From Chiloscyllium plagiosum (lineage: Eukaryota), in NCBI RefSeq assembly GCF_004010195.1, contig NC_057757.1, forward strand, positions 6,790,142-6,854,141: a stretch of DNA of 64,000 nucleotides, read 5' to 3'. A program made the position numbers and the translations under genes. The stretch's first letter is position 1; each line of letters begins with the position of its first letter. Below the pieces are notes generated by a model that saw nothing but the letters and a program-made list of their open reading frames with translations, searched no databases and was not told the DNA's origin. Shown here piece by piece: positions 48,536 through 62,070 of this stretch.

Positions 48536-51500
48536 CAATAACACCTAAAATGGTCACTCCCTATGTCTATCCCCCTCATAATCTTATACACCTCAATCAT
48601 ACCCCCACACACCCACAGCCTTCTCTGTTTTGATGAAAACAATCCAAGCCTATCTAGCCTCTCCTTATAGCGTAATATCTCCATCCCAAACAACATCCTG
48701 GTGAAGCTCCTCTGTAACCTCTCAAGTGCTGTCACATCCTACCCTGTAGTGAGATGACCAGAACTGCACACTGTACTCCAGCTGTGGTGTAACCAAAATT
48801 CTGTAAAGCTCCAACATTACTTCCTTGCTCATATACTCTGTGCCATTACTGATGAAAGCAAGTGTCCCACATTCCTTCTTAACTACCCTATTCATGTGTT
48901 CTGCGGCGGCAGGGATCTGTGAATAATTGCCCCTAGATGCCTCTGTTCCTCTCAGCTATCCAGTACCTACTATTCATTAAATACTCCCTCGCCGTATTTC
49001 TTCTTCCAAGTGCATCACCCTAACTTATCTGGATTTTAATTTGGTATGTAGAGGGATCTGGGTGTGCAATGAAACACAGAGGGATCTGAGTGTGCAGACC
49101 CATAGATCACTGAAGGTGACAGTGCAGTTAGATAAGGTAGTAAAAACGGCCTATGGAATGCTTGCCTTCATTGGAAGGGGTATTGAGTCAAACGATCAAC
49201 AAGTTTTGCTGCACTTCGGAGAACTTGTGTTATGTCACACTTGGAATATTGCATACTGTTCTGGTCACCACATTATGGGAAGGATGTGGATGCTTTGGGG
49301 AGGGTAGAGGAAAGGTTTACCAGGATGTTGCCTGCTCTGGAGGTTTTAGCTTTGAAGAAAGATTGGTCAGACTGGGTTTATTTTTACTGGAATGTAGGAG
49401 ATTGAGGGGCGACCTGATAGAAGTTTCTAAGATTGTGAATGGCTACAGCGGAAAGTATGAGGCATTTGCACAGAAAGGAGGGGACAATTACTCGGGGTCA
49501 CAGGTTCAAGGTGCAAGGAAGAATGTTTGCAAAAAATGTGCAAAGCAAGTTTGTCTCAAAAAGGGTGGTAAGTGCCTGCAACATGCTGCCAGAGGTGGTG
49601 GTGGAAGCAGACATGATAGCACCATTCAAGAAACACTTTCATATGAATAGGAAGGGAATAGAGGGCTACGGATTCTGTGAGTGAACATGGTTTTAGTTTG
49701 GAAGGGCAAAATGTATCAGTGCAGGCTTGGCGGGCTGAAAGGTCTGTTCCTGTGCTGTATTGTTCTTTGTTCTTTGGTAGAGTCACAGCGTCATAGCATC
49801 CTACAGCACGGAGACAGGCCCGTCGGCCCAAACTGGTCCATGCCAAACAAAATGTACATACACGCTAACCCCATTTCCCTGCACTTGGCCCATATGCTTC
49901 TAATCCTTTCCTAGCCATGTATTTGCCAATGTACACATGTCAACCATTGCCACTGGCAGCTCATTGCACATGCGTATCACTCTCTGTGTAAAAAAGTTGC
50001 CCTTCAGGTTCCCTTTTAACCTTTCCTCAATAACATTAAATTGATGTCCTCGATTTCACAGCACTGGGAAAAAGATGGAGTGTGTTCACCTTATCCATGC
50101 CTCTCATAATCTTTTACACCTCTATTAAAGTTTCCCCTTTGTCTACTACTTTGCACAAAAAAATGGCCATAGCTTGTTCAACCTCTCCCTATACATCAGA
50201 CCATTGAGTCCAGCAACATTCTTCTATATTTCTTCCGCATTCTTTGCACTTTAATAACATCCTTTGTGAATGATAACCCATCGCTCCACTGTAGACTTAC
50301 CCATAAACAGCCCTTCCCAGTCTACTATGGGCAGATCCTGTGTTCCAGACCAGACCAAAACCCCTCAAAATATATGAAGAGGATAGCCTGGACACTAACT
50401 TTTTTTTATTTTAGAGATAAATGTGAGGGATTGCATTCCAGATGCCATTCAATTGGTCAAACTCCTCGCTTTTCAGAAAAACATAGTTTATTTTCACAAA
50501 ACAGTTAAAATACAGACAAAATAAAATAAGAAGAAAAGAATTAGCAGTAACTCTATCAGAGCAAGGTGACTAAAACCGAACACAATACTCTAAATGTGGC
50601 CTCACCAATGTCCTGTACAACTGTAACAAAACTTTCTTAATTCGATAGTCATTTCCCTGAGAGTGTGCCAAAAGCCTTCTTCACTGCCCTGTCTACCTGT
50701 GATTCCACTGTCAGAGAACTGTGCACCTGAACTCCAAGGTCCCTCTGTTCCATTTCTTTTCTGAAGGCCCAACCGTTCACCATGAAACTTCTACCTTGAT
50801 TTGACTTGCCAAAATGAAAGACCTCACACTTATCTATATTAAACTCCATTTGCCATTTCTCGGCCCATTTCCCCAGCTGATCGAGGTTGTGCTGCAATTT
50901 CTGAGAACCTTCCTCACTGTCCATGATACTGCTTATTTTAGTGTTAGCCAAACTTATCAATCTTGCCTTGTACATTCTCATTCAAATCATTGACATAGAT
51001 AACAAACAGTAATAGGCCCAGCACCGACTCCCGAGGTACTCCACTCATCCACTTGTTCTTGTTCTAAATACAATCTGACATTTGTCTGCCCATCTGACCA
51101 ACCCAGCCATATCTTCCTATAATCTACAACCATCTTCTTCACTATTAACCATACTACCCCAGTCTTGGTGTTGTCTGCAAATTTGCTCAATGATCCCTCT
51201 ATAGCATTTCTGTTCATAACAAACAGTCAGGGTCTCAGTACTGATACTTGTGGAACACCACTGGACACTGGCCTCCAGTCACTCAACCAGTCATTCTACC
51301 GCAACCTTTGAGTACCATTACTAAGCCATCTCACCAATTTTCTCTCTATTCCATGTGCTTGAACCTTCTCAATCTGTCTCCCATGTGGGACCTTGACAAA
51401 AGCTTTGCTACAGTCGATATAAGCTTCTTCAACTAAACTTTCTTCATCCAAACACTTGATCACATTTCCAAAATATTCTGACAGATTTCTTATGCTGCGC

Positions 51501-51555
51501 TTCCCTCTGAGAAAGCCATGATGACTAAATGGTAAATGTTGGATCTGTATATTCC
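48535..51555. mobile_element. Nested CR1 LINE fragments on both strands
   Basis: LERLQRSFTRM, QRDLSVQTHRSLKV, GHRFKVQG, KWAEKWQMEFNIDKCEVFHFG, SKFADNTK. Confidence 0.85.
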
Positions 51556-51639
51556 CCAGCTCCTTTGTGAATGATAACCCATTGCTCCACTGTAGACTTA
51601 CCCATAAGCAGCCCTTCCCAGTCTACTATGGGCAGATCC

Positions 51640-52778
51640 TGTGTTCCAGACCAAACCAAAACCCCCCAAAATATATGAAGAGGATAGCCTGGACGCTAAC
51701 TTTTTTTATTTTAGAGATAAGTGTAAGGGATCGCATTCCAGATGCCATTCAATTGGTCAAACTACTCGCTTTTCAGGAAAACATAGTTTATTTTCACAAA
51801 ACAGTTAAAATACAGACAAAAAAAGAGAAAAGAATTAGCTCAGCAGTAACTCTATCAAAATGCTTAACAAACAAATATATATATTAACCACTAATTAACT
51901 GTTCCACTATATTAACATTCCATAAACACACCCTCAGTAAAGACAACTTCAGTAAAATAGGTTGTCACACATACAATTCTTGCAGTAGCAGGAAATTCCA
52001 GCTCTTAACTGAGAGAGGAATCAGAGCTTCCACATCCCGCTTCAAGACCCCAGCAATATGCAGAAAGCTAAAACTAAAAATCCTGGTTCTGTGGGAGCTT
52101 GAGCCCACCCAATCCTCAAGCCCTCACAAGCTGTTTATTTTGAGAAGCCCACTAGCTCTGTCTCAAACGTTCTTCATTAAAAAGGGCAAAATATACCTCT
52201 TAAAGCCATTGCATTATTACCCCTGCCTCATAGAAGAAATAAGCCATCAATATACAAAGAAAGCATCATTTTCAAAAGCCCATTAGTCTTACTCTATTAG
52301 ACCACTGCAATAAATATACATTATATTGAATCTAAGCATGCAAATAATCACTAATACACAGCAAAACAGTCAATTCTTTCCTGACACTGAACTCCTCTAT
52401 CTTTCTTCATCGAATTAACAGTAATGCATCAGCAACTCTCGTCCTTCCACAGGTATAAGTTTCAATTGAATGGCTACAGTAATAAGTTCCATCTAAATAG
52501 TCTGGAAGTTTTGTCCTTAAATATTTCCAAAAACTTTAATAAGTTATAATCAGCGTATACAATTATCTCAAAAATATTGATGAAAATATAAATGTTGAAA
52601 GCTGTAATGCCAAAACCAAGCTCCAGGTCATTGTGGAGTATTTCTGCTGGGGAGCATTCAATTGTCCAGAAAAAGATCCAATAGGTTTTATCTTCTCATC
52701 ACCTTCTTGTAGAGCACAGCACTTGACATTTACATCACTTATATTTTTAGCCACCTTGAATGGATTGATGTAATTAGC
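51640..52778 (-). mobile_element. Gmr1-like 3' LTR plus RNase H remnant, paralog of 36726-37890
   Basis: Same LTR and same flanking junction (cagatcc|tgtgtt) as at 36726; LQEGDEKIKPIGSFSGQLNAPQQKYST. Confidence 0.85.
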
Positions 52779-55229
52779 CTGATGTTTCAGCCAAAAAGGC
52801 CATTAACAAGCACATACAGATAGACCCAGTTTACAAGCAGCTACAAAGAAGACCCTGAAGTGACACTCACCCTAACAGAACGGACACATATGCTTTCTTA
52901 ACAACCCTATCAACTTGGGAGGCAACTTTGAGGGATCTATACACTTGCACACCAAGATCCCTCTGCTCTTCATACTGCCAAGAATCCTGTCTTTAATCCT
53001 ATATTCAATTCAGTTTTCGAGTTCAACCTTCCAAAATGCATCACTTTGCATTTATCCAGATTGAACTCCATCTGCCATTTCTCAGCCCAGCTCTGCATCC
53101 TATCTATGTCGCATTGCAGCCTGCAATAGCCCTTGATATTATCAACGGCACCTCCAACCTTTGTGTCATCTGCAAAACGTTAAAACCAAGGGGGACAGAA
53201 CAACAGCACTTCACAGAAGTCGCATTGATGATGTCACCCAGAATGGTAATGAAATGGCTGCTTGGTAACCCGGTAGCTCGGGCAGCTAACCATATGCATC
53301 ACCCTGAGAGACAGAACTTCGCAAAAATCCCCCCCCCCCCCCCCCCAAAAATACTATGGCTACAAAAACATCTTAGAAGCTGAGAATGCTGCTACAACTA
53401 ACTCACCTCCTGACTCCCTAAAGCCTGTCCACCATCTACAAAGCACAAGTCAAGAGAGTGATAGAATGCTTCTCACTTGCCTGAATGCATGCAGCTGTAA
53501 CAACACTCAAGACGTTCCATTCCATCCAGGACAAATCAGCCCATTTCATTGGCACCAAATTCACATATATCCACTGTCTCCACCAGTGTTGCTCAGTTCC
53601 GGCAGTGTGTACCATCTACAAAATGCACTGTACAAAGTCACCAAAGGTCCTTGGTCAGCAGTTTCCAAAGCCACAACCTCGACCATCCAGAAGGATAAGA
53701 GCAACACATATATGAGAACACCAAGCCCTGCATGTTCACCTCAAAGTCATTCACCATCCTGCTGTTCCTTCAGTGTCAGTGGGTTAAGATCCTGAAGAAA
53801 GGCTTATGCCCGAAGCGTCGATTCTCCTGCTCCTTGGATGCTGCCTGACCTGCTGCGCTTTTCCAGCAACACATGTTTCAGCTAAGATCCTGGAAATCCT
53901 TCCATATCAATATTGTGGGGCTACCAATTCCACACGGGCTACAATGTTTCAAGAAGGCAGATTGCCACCACACTTTATGATGAGCAACTGGGAACAGGCA
54001 ATAAATACCGGACCAGTGATGCCCACGTCCCGCGAGTGAATAATACAAAGTGCATGCAGGTAAATGCAGAAACAGCAGTGAATCTGATCAGCACACCACC
54101 GTCTTCACTGGGGATGTGAGGGATGGGCCATGAGTGCTGTTTTTGTCAGAGATCCCTGCATCCCATGTACAAAATAAATTTGACAATTGAACTTAGAATA
54201 AGGAATATTATAAAACAATTCAAACTAAAATTGAACTGTTAAGTTAACAGTTAATGACTTAGGTAAGAGTGTCAAAGAAAATATAACAATAACGGATTGG
54301 CTGCTGACATATAATGTTGATCGTTATACAAATTGAAGAATGGTAATAAGGTAAGTGCTGATTGTGGTCTAAAATTGCAAATGTTGGTAGTACATGCCAA
54401 GCTGAGGTAAAAATTGAGAAACTAAAGTTAGTTTTACACGGAATGAATAGGATGGCACAGCCATAGTGAGAGCTGTGGGAGCAGAGTCCGGATATTTAAG
54501 ACTGAGAGAGATAGATCCTTATCGGAACTAATTACTGCAGATGCTGGACTGAAAACAAAAATGCAGGAAATCACAGCGGGTCAGGCAGAATCCATGGAGA
54601 GAGGGCAGGCTGACATTTTGAGTTTATCTTCATCAGAGATAGATGCTTGATCTGTCAGGGAATCAAGAGTTACAGGGAAATGGCTGGAACGTGGACATGA
54701 GGAATTTCAGATCGCCATGTTCTTCTTGAATGGTCAAACAGGCTGGAGGGGCCAAATGAATGTTAGATCCGAGGGGAGTACTGAGGAACAAAAGGAGCTT
54801 GGTGTACACGCTCCAAGGTCCATGATGTGTCAGCATGGGTAAATCGGATGGTGAAGACACGGTGCCGCCCACGGTGTAGACAGGGTGGATAGCAAGAAGC
54901 TTTTTCCCAGAGTGGGGGACTTAATTACTAGGGGTCACACGTTCAAACTGAAAGGGGAAAGGTTTAGGGGAGATATAAGTGGAAAGTTCTTCACACAGAG
55001 GGTGGTGGGTGCCTGGAATGCATTGCCAGCAGAGGTGGTAGGGGAAGGAATGATAGCATCATTTAAGATGTTTCTAGACAGATACATGAATGGGCAGGGA
55101 GCAAAGGGATACAGACCCTTAGAAAATAGATGACAGGTTCAGATAGAGGATCTGGATTGACCCAGGCTTGGAAGGCCGAAGGGCTTGTTCCTGTCCAATG
55201 AGGTTCTTTGTTCTTTGTTCTCTTTGAGG

Positions 55230-58200
55230 TGTGCCTCACAATTAGGTGGTCAGTACTAGGGTATTGTAGCTCTATCAGAGAGTCGGTACTGAGGGACTGC
55301 CTCATTGTCAGAAGGTCCGTTCTGATGGAGGGCCTCATTATCAGAGGGTCAAGATTTGGGGAGTGCCTTATTGTCAGAGATTCATTCCGAAGTGCGTGTC
55401 ACTTTGTCAGAGAATTCATTCTGAGGTTGTACCTCAATGTCATGCCATCAGGATCGAAGGAGAGCTACATGATTAGAAGGTGAGGATGGAGGTATTATAG
55501 CTCTGTCAGAGGGCCAGATATTTGGGAATGTGTTATTGCTGAAGGGTCAAATTTGAAACACTGCCTTACAATGAGGGCATCAGAATTGAGGGAGTGCCAA
55601 CCATTCAAAAGGTCAGTCCTAAAGTAGTGCTGCACTGTCAGAGGGTCAGTTCTGTGGGAGGGCCTTGTATCAGATGGTCAGTACTGAGGCAGTGCCTCAT
55701 TGTCACAGGGTCCATTCTGAGACAGTGCCTAATTGTAAGGGGTCAGAGTGCCTCATTGTAAGGGTCCTTTTCCACTGTAAACACTGAGGCAAAATACGTG
55801 TTTAGTATCTCCTTCATCTCCTACAGTTCCACACGTAGGCTGCTTTGCTGATCTTTAAGTGGCTCTATTCTCTCCTTAGCTACCTCTTCGAACTTAATGC
55901 ATTTATGGAATCTCTTTGGATTCTCTTTGCTAACCACTGTGCCACCGTGCCACCCACGGTGTAGACATAACCTTCCCTGCACAAAACCATGCTGCCTATC
56001 ATTGATAAGCTCATTTTCTTCCAAACGGATATATATCCTATCCCTTAGTATCTTCTCCAGTAGCTTCCCTACAACTGACGTCAGTCTCACAGGTTTGTAA
56101 TTACTTGGATTATCCCTGCTACCCTTCTTAAACAAGGGGACATCATTAGCAACTCTCAAGTCCTCTGGGATCTCCCCCTTGTTCAAGGATGCTGCAGAGA
56201 TATCTGTTAAAGCTCCAATTATCTCCTCTCTCACTTCCCTCAGTAACCTTGGACAGATCCCATCCGGACACGGGGACCTATCGACCTTAATGCCTTTTCG
56301 AATACCCAACACTTTCTTACTCCTTATGCCAACTTGACGAGAATAATTAAAGATCTATCCCTAACCTCAACATTCACCGTGTCCCTCTCTTCGGTGAATA
56401 CCGATGCAAAGTCCACATTAAGAATCTCACCCATTTTCCCTGATTCCACACATATCGTTGCTCCTTTGTCCTTGAGTGGGCCAATGCTTTCCCTGGTTAC
56501 CCTCTTGCTCCTTATATATGGATAAGAGGCTTTGGGGTTTTCCTTAACCGTGCTCACTAAGGATCCCTTTTAGCCCTCTTAATTCCTCATTTCAATTTCA
56601 ACTTTACATCCCTTCAATGAGGCACTCCATAATGACTGACCCTCTAATAATGAGATCTTCTGTCAGGACTGACTCTCTGATAATAGGGCACTGCCCCAAC
56701 ACTGAGCCTCTAGGTATCAGCTACAGGGTCAGAATTGATCCTCTGACAATGCTTCAATAGCTCAGTACTACTTCTTTAATTGTGTAGCTTTCTTTCACTT
56801 CTGACCCCATTACAGTAAGGTACTGTCTCACAACAGATTCTCTGAAAATGAGGCACTCCCTCAGTATTGAGCGTCTGATCGTGAGGGCTCCCACAGTAGT
56901 GGCTCTCTCACTGTGCTCCACGATCAGTACTGACCCTCTAAGTGTCAACCCACCCTCAGGTCTGATCACCATGCAATGAGGCATTGCCTCAGTATTGACC
57001 CTCTGACAGTGCGGCACCCTCACTACTGACTCTCAAAAAGTACAGCACTCTCACAGTGCTGACTCTCTGACAATGCAGCACTCCCTCAGTACTCAGTCTC
57101 TGAAATGCAGCATCCTCTCAATGCTGCGACTAGCCACTGTCAGAGGAACAGAACTGTAGGAATGCATTATTTTCAGAGGGTAAGTACTACAGAACTGCAG
57201 CATTGTTGAAGGATCAGTTCTGAGGCAGTGCCACGTTGTCACAGGTCAGTTCTGAGGCAGTGCCACGTTGTCACAGCGTCAGTTCTGAGGCAGTGCCTGA
57301 TTGTCACAGGATCAGTTCTGAGGCCATGCCTCTTTGTCAGAGTGTCAGGTCTGAGGGAGTGCGTGAGTCAGAGATGGTCAATACTGAGGCAGTGTCTCAT
57401 TCTAAGAGGGTCAGAATTGAAAGGGTGCTAAATAATTGTAAGGTCAGTACTGAGGTATTGTAGCTATATCAGAGGGTCGGTGCCTTATTCTCCGAGAGTC
57501 ACATTGGAGAGGGTGATAAACAAGTGTAAGTTCAGTACGAACGTATTGCAGCTATATCAGAGGGTCAGTACTGATGGAGTGCCTCATTATCAAAGGGTCC
57601 AAACTGTGAGAGTGCATTATTGTCAGAGGGTGAATACTGAGGCAGTGCATCATTATGCAGCTGTCAGAATTCAGAGTTCTACTTGATTACAGGGTCAGTG
57701 CTGAGGGAGGGCTATCTTGTTATTGGGTCAGCTCGTTGGGATTGCCTCCCACTGCTGCAACGCCAGCGTAATGGTGCTCTGACAGTGCTTCAATGCCTCA
57801 ATGCTCACCCTCTGACAATGAGAAACTCCTTCAGTTATGACCCTCTGATACAACTGCAATGCTGCACCTTAATACTGACTCTCCAGTGTGTGGCACTGCC
57901 TCAATCATGACATTATTACAGAGGCACTGTCACAGTATTGACCATCAGACAATGAGGCTGACCTTATAATTATTTAGCATCCTCTCAATTCGGACCCTCT
58001 GAGAATGAGACACTGCCTCAGTATTGAACATCTCTGACTCATGTGCTCCCTCAGAATTAACACTGATAAAGAGGCACTGCCTCAGAACTGACCCTTAAAC
58101 AATGAAGCACTTTCCCTCCGAAAATAATACACTCCGACAGTTCTGTTTCTCTGACAGTGGCACACTGTCTGGTGTCAGCACTGAGAGGATGCTGCATTTT

Positions 58201-58900
58201 CAGAGACTGAGTACTGAGGGGGTGCTGTACTGCCACAGTATTGACCATCTGACAGTGAGGCAATCCCAATGAGCTGACCCAATAACAAGATATCCCTCCC
58301 TTACCACTGACATTGTAATCAAGTAGAACTCTGAATTCTGACAGCTGCATAATGATGCACTGCCTCAGTATTCACCCTCTGACAATAATGTACTCCCACA
58401 GTTCTGACCCTCTGATAACGAACCACTCCGTCAGTACTGACCCTCTGATATAGCTCAGCAGTGAGCTTACAATTATTTAGCACCCTCTCAATTCTGACCC
58501 TCTTTGAATGAGCCACTACCTCAGCATTTACCATCTCTGAACGCTGCCTTCCCTCAGAACTGACACTCTGACAAATAGGCATTGAATCAGTGACAGATCG
58601 TCAGAATTATGGGAATGCATTCTTATGAGCGGCTTAATACTGACACAGTGTCTTATGATAAAAGGTTAGAACTGAGGGAGTGCCACATGATTTCCGGGTG
58701 AGTACTGAGATATTGTAGAACGGTGAGAGTCTCAGAACTGAAGGACTGGCCCATTGTCAGAGGGTCAGTACTGAGAAGAGTTATTATTGTCAGACGGTCA
58801 ACACTGAGGCAATGTTACATTCTAATAGGGTCAAAACTGAGAGAATGTCACACGATTAAAAGGTCAGTACTGAGAAGAGTGCATCATTGTCAGACACTGT
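55230..58900. repeat. Degenerate ~33-34-bp satellite (gtcagagggtcagtactgagggagtgcctcatt) in blocks of alternating orientation, interrupted by CR1 at ~55760-56610
   Basis: Unit visible on + at about 55230-55760, 57135-57755 and 58590-58900, and on - at about 56610-57130 and 57770-58585. Confidence 0.88.
55760..56610 (-). mobile_element. CR1 LINE ORF2 fragment
   Basis: KENPKASYPYIRSKR; SPCPDGICPRLLRE...ANDVPLFKKGSRDNPSNYKPVRLTSVVGKLLEKILRD...QHGF. Confidence 0.92.
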
Positions 58901-59735
58901 ATTCCCATCAAACATTTCCAGGGAAGGGACAGCATAGGGTTAGGCACAGAATAAAGCTCCCTCCACACTGTCCCCATCATTCCCTCCCTGGTCAGGTAAA
59001 GCATTGAGTTTGATATAGAATAAAGCTCCCTCGCCGCTATCACAATCAAAAACTTTAACGGGAGTTATAATCTGATGAGAGATGCTGATTTAAACTCATT
59101 CCTTATTCTCCCCATCTTACAAATGCACACAGACACAGACAGACACACGCACTCAGACATACACATACACTCAGACACATGCACAGACCCTACGCACACA
59201 CACAGAAACACACACACACATCAAATTTGGATGAACTGCACAAATTCAACACCAAGTTCTCTCTGCTCTGTTCTGATTCCCTGTTAGATTGCTGGCTCTG
59301 AACATCTACATAGACAGTCGTCCTAATCCCATGTGCCATGTCATGTTGCCAAACTCTGATTCCAATCTGGAGTGTGATACAGGAGCAATTAAGGATGCAG
59401 GTAGGGATGGCAAATTTCTTTCTCTTTCGGTCATCAGTGAAGCTGGTGAGATTTTCTGACAATTGGCAATGATTTTGTGATTATTAGACTCATTATTCCA
59501 GATTTCTTTTGACTTATCAGTAATTCCACTGTTCCAGCTTGCACCCTTGGATTGAAAGCTGTTGACTTCACTTGTTTGTTCACTGACTGCAGGTAAACAC
59601 AAGCACCGAGGGACCCGATTTTCTGACCGGTTGAGTTATCACTCCTATAACAACGGCAAATCTTCTCCATGTCTCAAAGAGAATGTCTCTGTTCACCAGG
59701 AATAAACATTACATCATCTCCTCTTCTCCAAAGCA

Positions 59736-59832
59736 ATGCCGCTTAGTTTTCTGATCAAGCTCCGGATTCTGTGGGCGCTTTATGAGATACAAAAGATTTA
59801 CTTTCCCATCTTGGCTGCAGTCGGTGTGCCAG
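59736..59832 (+). CDS. GPR139-like class A GPCR, gene E, exon 1
   Basis: MPLSFLIKLRILWALYEIQKIYFPILAAVGVP+G (97 nt); donor gtatgt at 59833; homologous to pseudogene A exon 1. Confidence 0.85.
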
Positions 59833-59984
59833 GTATGTTTTTACCCAGTGCTGGGGCTTCATTTGGGATTGACAGATGTGACAGTTTCGGTTGTGTACGT
59901 AAGTATTTCGATCATTCTGCTACTATAACACACCAGTGATCACACTAGGAAAACATTTCAATCTATCTCCCTTACTATATCACT

Positions 59985-60001
59985 TTCTTTCTTTCTTTCT
60001 T

Positions 60002-60074
<73 letters not shown>
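59985..60074. repeat. (CTTT)n/(CTAT)n microsatellite
   Basis: Directly visible. Confidence 0.95.
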
Positions 60075-60075
<1 letters not shown>

Positions 60076-61689
60076 GGTGGGGGAGTGAGAAGGGATGAAA
60101 AGCTTGCTCCACACCTCTAACTGTGACCCCACTTACTCTTTCCCACAAGAAAAGTCAAACATAAGCAGACAGATATAGGGTGTATCCCCTTTGTAGTCAG
60201 AAAGAGCTGGAACTGGGCTCAGTGGGACTTCACTCCCTTCCCCCACCCTTTCAATGGAGAACAGACAAAGGAAAGTCCGATGATTTGGACAGGGAGAACT
60301 TCCTGCCTTGGGGAGGGATATAAGGGTGGAGAAGGGCTAAGGCTCAAGGTCCATGTGGGTCAGTAGTTACTGTCCACATGGGGATGCTCCCCAATGGGAA
60401 AAGGGAGAAAATAGTCATTCCAGTGTCAATGTTATAAATAGACAATTGCCCACTCCCATTCTCTCGCCCACATCAATACAAAGAGGAGCTGAACAGGTTA
60501 ATATTGGGGTCGGTTGAGCTTTGAACAACCTCAGTGACACTTACCTGCGGAGTTACACAGTGTCAAGTTTGAACTTGGGGGGTTTGGGGTGGGGGAAGAA
60601 ACGCAGGTGAAGATGGTGACCTCACCCCTCAAATTATATGACGTTCATCCTCATCCCAAACACATCCTCACACCAATGCCACACGAGGCAGTGCTGTTTA
60701 ATATCCAGCCCAATATTTCAGGAGTCAGTCTGACACACACGTACCCTTGGAAGGAGCTAAGATCATCTGATGGAAACACGTTGAATTAAGTCAAAGGGCA
60801 CAGGTCAAAAGCGAGAATAGGGGACTGAGGTAAATGAACATTCAGGATCATATTGAAGGCAGAGCAGGCTCAGAGGGCTGAAGGACACACAGCTATACTC
60901 ATGTTTCTATAAATTTCTTTCCAAAGTAACATGGTGCCATTCATGAATAAAATTAGCAATGTCAAACATGAGAGGAACAATTAGCCAGTGGACCCATAGT
61001 TTTCCATGTTCAGCAGGAGTAACATTCATGCTACATGCAAGGTCCAGGCAGTGCCTGTCTCCAACAGGAAGGGATATGAACATCTCCCCTTGACATTTAA
61101 CAACATTATCTTCACCCAATCCTCTGCTGTCAACATCATGGGAGTTACACGTGAAAACAAAAGTTGATGTTAATGATATAAACTAGTTCAGGACCAGATT
61201 ATGGAGTGGGAATTCTGTGGTGAATAGCTCACCTCCTGACTCCCTGAAGCCTGCCCACAAGGCACAAATCAGTACCTGCTGAGATGAGTATGCCTCCAAC
61301 AACACTAAAGTGGTTTAACTCAATTCAGTAGAAAGTGAATGTGATTGGTCCCCATCTATCAACTTAAATACACATATCTTTCACCACTGAGGCACAGGGG
61401 CAATAGAGAGTACCAGTGTGGAACCTGCAGTGTGGAAACTCATCAATACTCCTTCGAGACCTGTGTCTTTCAGGAACAGATGAGTAAAGGGCAGTCAAAA
61501 CATGGAAAGCACTGCCATTTGCAAGTTGCTCTCCATATCCTTACTTGGAGCTGTATAATTGTACTTTTACTGTCTGGAACCAGAACTCTTAATGAAGAAT
61601 GACTGCTGCAGTTCACAGTAGGTTTCTCACCACCACATTCCTCAGTACAGTTCAGGGTGTTGTACAAAATACTGCCCTTACCACTGCAT

Positions 61690-61935
61690 CGAATAGAATG
61701 AAACCCCGACAGTTTGAAAGCAGGCCATTTGGCCCATTGAGTACATGCCAACCCTCTCAAGAGCATGCCGCCCAGACACACCTTACCATATTGCAACACC
61801 ACCCAAAGCAAACCCATGCAGACACAGGGAGAATGTGCAAACTCCACACAGACAGTTGCCCAAGGCTGGAATCAAAGCCGGGTCCCTGGCGCTGTAAGGC
61901 AGCAGTGCTGACCACTGAGCCACCATGCTGCCCTG
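61690..61935 (-). mobile_element. HE1-like SINE
   Basis: gacacagggagaatgtgcaaactccacacagacag...gcagcagtgctgaccactgagccaccatgctgccc. Confidence 0.85.
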
Positions 61936-62070
61936 AGAGTGTTATATTCTATGATAGAATAAAAATGTCCCTATTATGTAGCTTACACTGGTATTAGACT
62001 GGAAACTTTTAAACATCTGCCGTTTGTCTATGCCTGCGGAATAATTTCTGCACTTCTCTCTTCTTTGCAG

